Assembly (NCBI RefSeq): GCF_964355755.1
Contig: NC_092673.1
Coordinates: 34,407,648-34,471,647 of the forward strand
Direction: 5' to 3'
Length of the DNA stretch: 64,000 nt
Source: Antedon mediterranea
Taxonomy: Eukaryota > Animalia > Echinodermata
In this document: positions 39,690 through 52,058 of the stretch, one piece after another
Position numbering within the stretch: the first letter of the stretch is position 1
Layout of the letters: every line of letters starts with the position of its first letter
Translations under genes and position numbers: made by a program
The notes under the pieces: generated by a model
Seen by the model: only the letters and a program-made list of their open reading frames with translations
The model's database searches: none
What the model was told of the DNA's origin: nothing

Positions 39690-42600
39690 TTCTGTGTTGT
39701 TTACGGGCGGGATTAATTACCTAAAACAAAATCAGTTAAGTGGGCAACTTGTATACTCAATTAAATAAACAGAACGCATTCTCTATACTACCAGAAATAT
39801 ATCGTATAAGGCCTATCGTATAACATATGCAGAAATGGGCCTCATAAAATATATCGTATAGGCCTATAGTTATATTTTTTGTCTTAAGCCGAATTGACTG
39901 ACGTTATTAATTTTTTAATATAAATTATGGTCTATTATTCACAGATATCCATTGTTTTGATTAGTTTAGCTTTTTGCCGTTATTGTCTTGTAGTTCCTGA
40001 TTCGAGTTGTTCAAAGAATGGTACAGAGTTTATTAATAAAGTTTACTCTAGAGTCTATATTGGGATACCTAAGTACAAGTCAGTATATCGTAGGTCTATG
40101 CTACAACATAGGACGTTTTCAAAGAGCAGGGTGGCCCATGATACCAGTTCAGTGTCCACATTTAATATAGATCTTCTATCATTATGCGTGGATATCCACC
40201 CTAACCCAGGGCCTGATTCCACTTCTAGGTCGACCGATGCTCTAAAACGTTCTGAATCTAGTTTTGTAGGTAGGTCTGGTGTGACAGGCTCTAGTATATG
40301 TGGTACTTGCGCTAGTGACATTTTTCGGAACCGTCAGCAGGCTACTTGCTGCAATTTTCAAATGGTTTTCCATGCTATTTGTGTCTCGATTTCTCAGGTT
40401 AATTATAGACGGTTTTATAAAGATAGGAATTACACCTGGTTTTGTATGTGCATTTTCTTTCTTTCTTTCATTCATTTATTTGGCATCTCAATAAATAACA
40501 TTAAAAATACATCAATAATATATAAAATCACCTTAAATATTAATATACATGTACATCAAAAAAGCAAATAAAAATGGCGGGATTAATGAAGTCTGACGAT
40601 GCACGGGAAAACACATAAAGTCGTTTTAAGTAAAACAACTTAATTCCAATGTGGTCCCTAAAAAGATAGTAATTATAATTTTAACAAAACAAACATTATA
40701 AGACGGGGTTCATAAATATATAAGCATATAAGCAAAACATCTGATATAATGGCACAATAATAATTTATCTATGTTTAATTTTGTAATATTGTTTCAATTC
40801 AGTTTTAAATTTAGATGTGTTGGAAATTTGTTTAATATAGTCAGGAAGGTTATTCCATTCTCTGATTGCATTAAAATAGAACGTATTACATTCTATGCCT
40901 TGGACTTTAGGTACAACAAAATTGAGTTTACTACCACGAGTGAAGTGACCATGTAAGTTATTAACTCTACGAAAGTTTTCGTTTAGGTATGAAGCACTTC
41001 TGCCCATAAATATTTTATGAACTTGGCTAATTTGCAAGAACTTTACTCGATATTTTACATTTAACAATCCATAATCGTCTAATTGATCAGCACCTATATG
41101 TCTTCTGGGTTCAACTCCTTTTATGAGTCTAACCATTTTGTTTTGAGCAATTTGTAGTTTTCTTTGGATAGCTTTACTGGTTCCACAGAACCAAGAAGAT
41201 GCAGCATAATCAAAAACACATTGGATGAGAGCAGAGCATAATAGTTTACGATTCTTACAACTTAGTATCTTACGTTGGCGGTACATAAACTTAAGCCTAT
41301 TATTAATTTTCTTAATGGTTTTACATGCATATTCAGAACACGTTAAATTTTGATCTATTTCAATACCCAGATACTTGACACAATTACTAGTGTTGATATT
41401 GTTACCATTTGTTGCCGCGGTTGAATGACTCTTTGGACTCTATCCGGGATGATCAATCGGATGATGATGTTCATAGAGGCAATCCATGTCTGACTGGAGT
41501 ATGTATGAATGCCAGCAGTTTAAAGAACAAACTTTCCTGCTTTGACAATCTGGTTCATCAAATGGACTTGAGTTTGATTGGAGTCACCGGGAGTTGGCTT
41601 CGTCAGATGATTGAGGAACCAATGAGAATTGCAACCAGTTTAGATCGAAATAGCACTCTCACTGACCTACTATTTACCAACTGTGATCAACAAGTGTGTG
41701 ACATACGTGTTATGGAACCATTCTCAACATCTGATCACTGCATGATTTCTTTTCGGATTCGCGGTGAGCCTAGCCGATAAGGACAAAATACTTGTATAAT
41801 AAGACTGACATAGAATTACTTAACAATAGTGTCAGTAGAATCACATGGGACTCAATTTATGATGACAAATCTGTTAACAAAACATGGGAAAAGTTCCAAT
41901 CATTATTTATGGACTGTATCAATGCCGCAATCCCTAACAGAAGACAGAAAAAGAAAACCAAACCGTGGATTTCTCCGGATATTAAGCGTCTTGTAACATT
42001 AAAACGTCGACTATTTAAACGTGCAAAGTCTTCAGGCACTGTTGAACACTGGAATAGTTACAAGAAAATTCGTAATAAAGTGAAATATGATATAGGTCGA
42101 TGTAAAAGTCAATATTTAAATGACCTAATGTCTAAGCCGGACAATACGAAGCAGTTCTGGTCTAAAAGACAGTCAGATCAGTGTTCCATCTTTGAAGTCA
42201 ACGGTATAGCATGTTCCGATCCTATCATTATCGCAGATTCATTTAATTCCTTATTTTCATCATATTTTACTGAGCCTTCAAGTGACGAAAATTATACTAT
42301 AAGTTCTCCTAATCTGGATATTCCAACTCTGGAAAACATATATATTCACCCTGTCACTGTATATAAAAAATTGAAAAACTTAAAAAATGGAAAAGCACCT
42401 GGTCCTGACAGTGTGACATCGTCTATGCTGAAGCTATGTGCTGCTAGTCTGTCACCACTGCTGACAGACATATACAATTATAACTTGTCTAGTGGCGAAG
42501 TACCTTCGGCCTGGAAAGATGCAAATATTGCTCCCATTCACAAAAAGAGCAAGAAAGGCGAATTGAAAAATTACAGACCGGTAGCCTTAACTTCGCTATT

Positions 42601-44048
42601 TTGTATTGGAGAGCATAGTTGCTGATGAACTTCGTAACCACCTAAACGAGTTCGGCCTTCTGTATGATGCGCAGCATGTATTTATTCCTGGTAAATCTTG
42701 TTCAAGCTTGCTAGCCGAGGCGATAACATCATGGACAACCTTACTTGACAAAGGTGTCCCACGCATTGATATTGTTGCACTGGACTATAGTCGTGCATTT
42801 GATTCCATTTCGCACTCTACAATGATTTCCAAACTAAAAAGAACCTATGGAATTGGTGGTTCCATGTTGCCTTGGTTGGAATCATTTTTAACTGGACGTA
42901 AGCAACAAGTTGTTTTTAACGGAAAGATGTCCGGCAAGAGTTGCGTAATATCAGGGGTTCCTCAGGTGTCTGTGCTTGGACCCCTGTTATTTAACATATG
43001 TTAATGATCTACATATGCACCTACGTGCAAAACAATATCAATATGCAGACGACACTTGCATTGCTAAATGTATAATGACGGAGGAAGATAGTTTAACTCT
43101 GCAACAGGACATTGACACGATCTCCTGGTGGTCAGCACTTAATTCACTTTCCCTTAACCCTAATAAATGTCAAGTGCTGTCATTGTCCAGAAAACGAGAT
43201 CCCGTTGTTCCATCTTACATTCTAAATGGACATGAACTCATGAACGTTCATGACATTACGTTACTTGGTGTGGTAATATCCCATAATTTGTCATGGACAC
43301 ATCAGGTAGATAATGTAACTTTGAAATGCAATAGGATGTTAGGTTTTATACGGTCAATTGCCACAGGTTGTTCTACATCTGTTTTACTTAAACTTTATAA
43401 ATGTCTTGTACTTCCCCATATTCAATATTGCTCCCCTGTTTGGTATCCTTATCGTCAATGTCATATTAATAAGATAGAGAAAATTCAAAGAAGGGCAAGC
43501 CGATTTATCCTTCATCAACGAATCTTAGATCAGCCATATTCTGACCGATTAACTAGTCTGAATTTGATGACAGCTGAATCAAATCGAGATTATTTTACCG
43601 TTATGTTTGTTACAAATATATTATACAAATTACAGAATAGTTTTATTTTAAATATGTTGACTATCAATTGTAGGTATTTTGATGTTCTAACTTTTAAACA
43701 TCTTGCATCCAAAACTGATAGTGGAAAGCATTGTATCCTAACCAGATTTATTCGTTTGTGGAATTCACTATTGGTCAATATTAAAGACGCCTTTGTATGC
43801 GGAAGTTGGGTACAATTTAAAAACATGTTAATGGACCACTTTAAAAACACTATGCCTCTTTAATGTATATAATTATGGTATTAATATTACATAAATACAT
43901 TGTTTTATGTTTTAATGTATGATTTGAGTGCTGGTGTGGGACGCCTTATGGCGACAGTGGTCCTTTGACCTCTTTTGCCACTCCTTGGCACACTCAAAGT
44001 TTATGTATTGTTTTAATGTTGCTAAAATTAATAAAATAAAATAAAATA
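39690..44048 (+). mobile_element. Near full-length degenerate CR1/L2-group LINE: 2A-like peptide - PHD finger - APE endonuclease (internally deleted) - RT
   Basis: DIHPNPGP (40191-40214), PHD-like CxxC..C..HxxC..WFC, NASSL..VTGSWL, SDH, KAPGPD, NYRPVALTS, LDYSRAFD, GVPQ.SVLGPLLF, YADD and an (AATAA)n tail at ~44030-44048. Frameshifted. The 5' boundary is approximate. Confidence 0.88.
40456..41405 (-). mobile_element. 5'-truncated LINE (CR1/L2 group) inserted into the + strand LINE
   Basis: KYLG.EID, RLKFMYRQRK..LCSALIQCVFDY..W, WNNLP. The 3' tail is aataaa(tgaa)(agaa)n. Possible TSD CATTT. Confidence 0.85.
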
Positions 44049-45290
44049 ATTCACGCTGGCCAACATGACTGCGTGGTCCCTTATTGCTAATGAAACGAAC
44101 TACTTTATTTTGCATAACCTGTAATTTATTTTTCATGTACACTGGAAGAGCTGAATACCATGATGAGCAAACGTAATCGTAGTGACCATTGGATTAATGC
44201 AGAGCAAAGTATTTTCTTTGAGTTTACATTTACAGCTTTTGCCTGTCTATACATAAATCGTAGTCTATCTGCACTTTTCTTAACAATTTATTTTGCAATT
44301 AATTCTCCTGAAAGTTTTCTATCAAGTTCAACACCCAAGTATTTAACTGATTCTACATTTCTTATCTGTTTTCCGTCACATACAATACTTAATTCCGTAG
44401 CTTCCGCTCAAGTACCTTAGAAAAAACATTAAGAACACTTATTGGCCTATAGTTTGACACATCTGACCTATCATTCTTTTTGAAAAGCGGTTGAACTTTC
44501 ACCTCTTTTAGTTCAACAGGTACAATACCAGTTGATATAGATAAATAAATAATACATGTAGCAGGAGCTCGTATAATATCGGCCCCATCTTTTAAAAATC
44601 TGGCAGGGATACCATCCAATCCTGTGCCTTTAGAAGTGTTAAGTTTGTTGAGCTCATTGTATACAAATTCTTCAGTTACTTCCTTAAGTTTGAATGCACC
44701 ATGTGCGATTCCCTTTTTACTGTAAAACTCCTTAAACGTATGTGATTCAATACCAAATCGTAGTCCAACTGATTTCAAGTTGCTAGCTAGTTTAGCAGCA
44801 ACAGTAGTAAAAAATGTATTAAAACAGTTGGCAACACTTAATGTATCAAAGTATACGGTATCGTTTGTCTTAAGGACAATTTTGGGAGATAGTTTTGACT
44901 AAATACTGTACCGTAACCTAATGATTTCAGATGCTTCCATATTTCCTTTGTTTTCGTCAATTTTTTGATTAATGTATTCGGCTTTTGCTTTAGTTATCTC
45001 TCTTTTGATCTGGTTTCGTAATTTACAATACCTCTGGTAAGTAATGTTCGATCTATCTGTTTTAAATTTCTGATGTAGGAGGTCACGATTTTTTATGTTT
45101 TCTAAAATATTATTATTCATCCACGGTTCAGTTCTTGCTTTGATTCGTACTTCTTTAAGTGGAGCTACCTCGTTTATTACTTTAAGCAAGGTATCCTTAA
45201 AATTAGTCCAAGCAGTATTAACATCGATTGAAGAAGTTACATTTGTTGAATAATATAGCAAAGATAGGACCTGGGATATCATTTATAATT
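44049..45290 (-). mobile_element. Internally deleted LINE ORF2 fragment (RT core missing)
   Basis: EPWM, KGTGLDGIP, NYRPISVLNVFSKVLER fused at ~44400 directly to the VKYLGVELD region. The 3' end is cut at 44049. Confidence 0.85.
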
Positions 45291-48200
45291 CCATTCGTTA
45301 CGTTTATTGTGTAACGTAAGATCGTCAAGTAGCAAATAGCTGTCAAAATTCCGTTGACTGTCATCGCCAGTGTTGTAAACAAAGCAACGTACGTACGTTG
45401 TGGCTATTAAGTAACTCTATTGTGATGTCGTAACTCTATTGTGATGCCGCAACTCTATTATTATGGTTTGACGCAAAAAGGAAAAAACTACCAACAATTT
45501 TCCCTGTAAAATCTCACATAAATAGAGGAAACCAAAAACTGCTAGTATATTGTTCTGTAGATAAACTCACCAGCTATAAATTGATAACTTTCTGGTAATC
45601 TTTAGGCTCAATTTCCAATAATTGTAGGCCCAGTGAGTGCAGTTTCATTTGACGTTGTCCGTGATGGTAGGGTCCAGTGTGATGGTATTCAAAACCACGC
45701 TTGTTTTTCTTGACCCTGGCCTAACCTAGTTAGAGCCTTAAATTCTCACAATTCTCATGTAAAAAGAAATTCTATATCCATTCACATATGATCATTTGCG
45801 TCACAAACAGTTTACCAAACATAGATCCTACTACTGTACTGTATATCAGATTGACAGATCAAAATAATCCAATGAATTGTAGACCTTATTGCCTTAAGCG
45901 TCACACACTACGCGACGTTACAATAAACATTGTAAACACCCTTATCTTTCATTTTCATATCCAACGTGAGAACTAGTGTGTCAAAATACTCAGTTTGTAC
46001 TCATAGCATGGGAAGCGATTAATATTATTATATTTTATAAGCAGCTAATCAACAATATTATTCTGAATATTATGGAACAGACGTAAAATAAACTGTTTTA
46101 ACCCATATCACATCAGACGTTAGTAGGCCTAATCTACAAATAATTTTGTTTCGATTTTTTTAGATAAACAATTTGGTTCACTGGTCACATTTTCGACAAG
46201 ATACAACAAGGTATAAAAACATTTATTCGAATACGAGTTAAACAAAGAAGTAACCTTTAAATGTACAGCAAGTTCGACTTCAAAGAATACAAACACCAAT
46301 TGTTGACTAAATAAAGATAACAAGTTAAAAGGTATACCGACAACAAAAAAATAATTATAAAAAAAAACAATAAATAAATAAATAAAAATTCTAAAACTAA
46401 AACTAGATATTACAAATTGCAAGTAAGTGGCAACTTGACTATTCATGAATTTACCCGTGTTAGGCCCTATATGCAGTGAACAATCGTGGTCTGTAATTTA
46501 TTTCACTCGCAGAGAGCGAACGCCGTAAACTTGCCTAGGTCGTCTAGGCAACTGTTTTGTAGTTAAACAATGATCTTTCGGTACTGAAAAGTAATGAAGC
46601 GTGACGGAAAATCAAATTGCTTTGCAAAGTATGAATAGCTGCAGCTATCTATGTAAAGTTTGAAGATTTCCAACTAAAAAGTATATTTTTATAGGCTTAC
46701 CCCGAATGACTCTTTGACATTTTGACTAGAAATAAAATGTGACCTAACGAGTGTTGATTAATCTGGTATATAAAAGATACTACATTGTAAATTGGGAACA
46801 TTAAATAAAACAAATTTGAGTTGAGCTATTGACTTTTTAATACAATAAATAGAATTGGATTTTTACCAATTAACAGAATAACTAATATTATATGGTTAAG
46901 AGCCAATTTAATTTTAAGCAACTGCATGGATGTTTATACATGTGTAGATGATCGTAATTGTTTTTTGATATGTTGCGCAATCGAAATGTAGTCACAAAGC
47001 CCGAGATACCATACAATTTTCCTATTATACCTGCTCTTAGTTAATCATATAAACCGTGAAAACTATACTAAACGAAATTAATTATTTTTCTTCGAATTAA
47101 GTTCATGGACAGGACATTGAGATGTTACTATGTGCTGAACAAGATAATTGGTAATTGTGTATAGTTGACAACGCTTAAGACGTTTTTCCACTAACAAACT
47201 CAACAACTAAATAAATATCGTAGTTTAGAGTTACTGTATTCGAACCTTCTAAATATTATGAACATTCACTCACGTTCTATGAGTTGAATTCCGACTTAGA
47301 TATAATGCTAATAAATTCAGTTTTCATAAATTATTTTAGTAATTTCTTGCAGAAGATCTTTAGCACAAGTGTACTTAAAAAGGAATAATAATTGTTCAAT
47401 CATTGTTTATTGTTATTTCTATTCTTAAATCTGTCAGTAGATCCTGACCTGTTATTTCGTGTTTGAACGTAATCGTAATCTTTGATCTTCTTTTGAATTT
47501 TGTTTTCTTCCTTCCATTTATCAGTGAATCCTAAACTTATTTTCTCTCAGAACAAACCATTTCCTAAGACTTCACAGTAATATCTTACTTTTGTTTTCTT
47601 TCTATCTATTCATCATTCCTGTTTTCAGTAGATCCAGAATTTACCTCTTCTTAAAACAACCATTTCGTATTGTTTTAATTAGGCTAATATTTCATAAATG
47701 ATAACAACAATCTTTCGTCTGTGTTTCCTTCCATGTTTTTTTCTATTTTCAGTCAATCCACAATAAAGAATGCGTACCTTTGATGCACTTTGATAAAACC
47801 TCTATTTTTAGAAAACTTGGATATATATAATATTCGTCATAGTATCTGAAATCTAAGTTGCCGGTTTACGTTTATATCAACATGCAAATATTTACCGTTG
47901 TAATTCCACGTTTTTTAGACGTTAACACATTTTTATAAAAACAATGAAATACAAGTTGTCGATTTGAGTTTACAAATATCGATGGTTGCAAAGTCACTGC
48001 AAGCCTATTGCTTTCTTTTTAGCCATTAAAACCAGTTCACTTACAACTACGATATTTATATTCAAGTTTAATGAAACTGTAATTACTTTTCGTGGGTATA
48101 ATACTACTAGGTAATTTAAAAACACTTTTTAAATTCTTGCATTTATATCAGCTGACAATGTATCGATTGCATTCATTTTACTTTCAATTAGTTGTTTAAT

Positions 48201-48397
48201 TGTTGATTCCTTCCGTTTTTTAAAACATAACTTGATACTCAATACCTTAAACAAAAAGAATACAGTACCCGATACAGTACCCGATACAGTACCGTACCCG
48301 ATACAGTATCATGCATAACGCCATAAAAGAGTTCGCAGATAAGCCGTATGGAAGGCTACCATACTCTGAAAACAGTAATTTAAGGGGTGCACAAATA

Positions 48398-49401
48398 TCA
48401 TCCACTCCCCAATCTTAACTCTCCCCAACTTCAACCATCCACTCCCCAATCTTAACTCTCCCCAACTTCAACCATCAACTCCCCAATCTTAACTCTCCCC
48501 AACTTCAACCATCAACTCACCAATCTTAACTCTCCCCAACTTCAACCATCCACTCCCCAATCTTAACTCTCCCCAACTTCAACCATCCACTCCCCAATCT
48601 TAACTCTCCCCAACTTCAACCATCCACTCCTCAATCTTAACTCTCCCCAACTTCAACCATCCACTCCCCAATCTTAACTCTCCCCAACTTCAACCATCCA
48701 CTCCCCAATCTTAACTCTCCCCAACTTCAACCATCCACTCCCCAATCTTAACTCTCCCCAACTTCAACCATCCACTCCTCAATCTTAACTCTTCCCAACT
48801 TCAACCATCCACTCCCCAATCTTAACTCTCCCCAACTTCAACCATCCACTCCTCAATCTTAACTCTCCCCAACTTCAACCATCCACTCCTCAATCTTAAC
48901 TCTCCCCAACTTCAACCATCCACTCCCCAATCTTAACTTTCCCCAACTTCAACCATCCACTCCTCAATCTTAACTCTCCCCAACTTCAACCATCCACTCC
49001 TCAATCTTAACTCTCCCCAACTTCAACCATCCACTCCCCAATCTTAACTCTCCCCAACTTCAACCATCCACTCCTCAATCTTAACTCTCCCCAACTTCAA
49101 CCATCCACTCCTCAATCTTAACTCTCCCCAACTTCAACCATCCACTCCCCAATCTTAACTCTCCCCAACTTCAACCATCCACTCCTCAATCTTAACTCTC
49201 CCCAACTTCAACCATCCACTCCCCAATCTTAACTCTCCCCAACTTCAACCATCCACTCCTCAATCTTAACTCTCCCCAACTTCAACCATCCACTCCCCAA
49301 TCTTAACTCTCCCCAACTTCAACCATCCACTCCCCAATCTTAACTCTCCCCAACTTCAACCATCCACTCCCCAATCTTAACTCTCCGCAACTTCAACCAT
49401 C
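48398..49401. repeat. 37-bp strand-asymmetric minisatellite x ~27
   Basis: Unit catccactccccaatcttaactctccccaacttcaac, essentially without G on the + strand. Confidence 0.97.
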
Positions 49402-50754
49402 CCTTCCGCCACCCTACATCATAATTCTTGCACAATTCAGTAATATTTATTAAGAACGATAATATTTCACAAAGGCATCAAAGAAAACGCTTTAATTTAC
49501 TTTTTTTTACTTTAATTAACTTACTTTAAGTAATATATTTTTTTTCATCGAAGTAGTGCTTTTAAGTAGGTTTATAACTAAAGGTTTTAAATATCATTTT
49601 TCTTTGCAATGGCGGTGAAATATAGAATGTTATTATGAATTTGAAATGTAGGTCTAATCGAGTATATCAACGTGTTATTATTCTGTATGCGCATGCGTAT
49701 TACCCATTGCCATTGACCATCACATAACACCGCAAATTTAGAAATAGATAATATTTCTTATGAAATTATTTCAGATATATACAAACAGTTATAATTCTAA
49801 TTATTTTTTGTGATAAAAAAAACTTTATTTATTGTCATATATAGTTACTAACTCTTTGAAATATATATTTGTTGCGTCATATAGCTTCACGCTTACGCTA
49901 TCTTTTAATAATTATTTAATAAATAATATACTGACATTTATTATCACGCATGTCGAATTTATTATATTGTCGTGATTATTTATATATAACATAAAGTATC
50001 GTGTATTCAAATTCATTACCTTTATGCACACGGTTCAATATGATAGTTAGTGGGTATCGTAGAAAGAATGATGCGATGAGTAGACAAATGCATTTTTTCT
50101 ATAGTTTCTACCGACATATAGAGTAAGAAATAAGAGTAAAAGTCACCAAATCGAATCAATATTTTTTGAAAAAGAAAATTCTAAATCACTCAGCAACATT
50201 ATGATTTTTATATTTCGAATCTGTAATGCAAAATAGATTAATTCCTATCCATCCTTTATATAGAACAATTAGTTAGTATTTAAGAAAGTAAATCAACAAT
50301 TTATGGTGAGGAGTTTCTAAGAATAAGTTTGAAGTTTTATCTTGAAACAAGTGAATTTTGTTTGCTGAATGTGTGATTTTCATTTAATGAAATTAAAACA
50401 TTCATTACTTGATTATAACACATCTAATTTCATTCAATTAATCTCTGTTTCCATCTTTAATATGGCTGAAAAAACGACTCGATTTTGGTCGCCAAGTTAA
50501 AACAGACGGTTTTCGAAAGAGCAACAGTCTGGTGTTTCACAACATTCTAAACATTTTTACACAAAAAAAGTTGTTGTGAAGATTATCATTAACATTATGA
50601 ACTTGTTTACGGTGCAAGACGGTATACCGTAATTTTATTTACGGTATATTAAAATATTGTATGAGACTAACCAATCAAATTACAAAAAATATAATAATCT
50701 ATAAACGAAGCAAATCTGAGAGTTTATGAAGGAAAAAAATAAGAAATCTCCATC

Positions 50755-51588
50755 CGATCTCAAGCATTATGGTAGGCCTATAATACCGATCTCAAGCATT
50801 ATGGTAGGCCTATAATACCGATCTCAAGCATTATGGTAGGCCTATAATACCGATCTCAAGCATTATGGTAGGCCTATAATACCGATCTCAAGCATTATGG
50901 TAGGCCTATAATACCGATCTCAAGCATTATGGTAGGCCTATAATATCGATCTCAAGCATTATGGTAGGCCTATAATACCGATCTCAAGCATTATGGTAGG
51001 CCTATAATATCGATCTCAAGCATTATGGTAGGCCTATAATATCGATCTCAAGCATTATGGTAGGCCTATAATATCGATCTCAAGCATTATGGTAGGCCTA
51101 TAATACCGATCTCAAGCATTATGGTAGGCCTATAATATCGATCTCAAGCATTATGGTAGGCCTATAATACCGATCTCAAGCATTATGGTAGGCCTATAAT
51201 ATCGATCTCAAGCATTATGGTAGGCCTATAATACCGATCTCAAGCATTATGGTAGGCCTATAATACCGATCTCAAGCATTATGGTAGGCCTATAATACCG
51301 ATCTCAAGCATTATGGTAGGTCTATAATACCGATCTCAAGCATTATGGTAGGCCTATAATATCGATCTCAAGCATTATGGTAGGCCTATAATATCGATCT
51401 CAAGCATTATGGTAGGCCTATAATATCGATCTCAAGCATTATGGTAGGCCTATAATATCGATCTCAAGCATTATGGTAGGCCTATAATATCGATCTCAAG
51501 CATTATGGTAGGCCTATAATATCGATCTCAAGCATTATGGTAGGCCTATAATATCGATCTCAAGCATTATGGTAGGCCTATAATATCG
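50755..51588. repeat. 32-bp minisatellite x ~26 containing TAGGCCTA
   Basis: Unit cgatctcaagcattatggtaggcctataata(c/t). Confidence 0.97.
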
Positions 51589-51996
51589 ACTGGCAAAAAA
51601 AACCCAGTTCCTCTAGGCTTATGTTAATTAAGAACAAGGTAATAATTATACAGAATTCTATGAGCAACCTAATTTCCTTTTATAAGGATGAAAGATGTTG
51701 AAACTGATCCACTTTCTAATTTTAGCATCAACCAGGAATTAGTTTCTTCCGAGTGCAAGGGACGAAGTAATCATTCGATTCAAGAAATACTCTACTTGGA
51801 TAAAAAGTCTTAAATATTGAGTGACAAGATATTACAGAATATATTTTGGTGACACTTCTATTTCTAACTTAATACTTGTTATCATGAGCACAATTATGTA
51901 GGTCAGACAACTAAGATGAGGGACCGCATGATGCGAATCCCTGTAATTTAATTACTTTAAAAACAGTACCTGTTTAAATTGTAATCGAAATATTGC

Positions 51997-52058
51997 AGCG
52001 ATGACCGGAAAAGGTGACAATTATAATATCATATTTGTCACCTTTTCCGGTCATCGCT
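51997..52058. repeat. Perfect 24-bp inverted repeat with 14-bp loop
   Basis: agcgatgaccggaaaaggtgacaa / ttgtcaccttttccggtcatcgct. Confidence 0.9.

Noticed and set aside
40765-45282. The two minus-strand LINE pieces as one element split by the + LINE
   Set aside because: Both encode the same region (RLxFMYRQ..LCSALIQ..KLQ..QNK) with different sequence, so they are independent insertions.
32919-51588. Regular 32-52 bp arrays as CRISPR-like loci
   Set aside because: The units are head-to-tail with no unique spacers, there are no cas genes, and the context is a eukaryotic intron.
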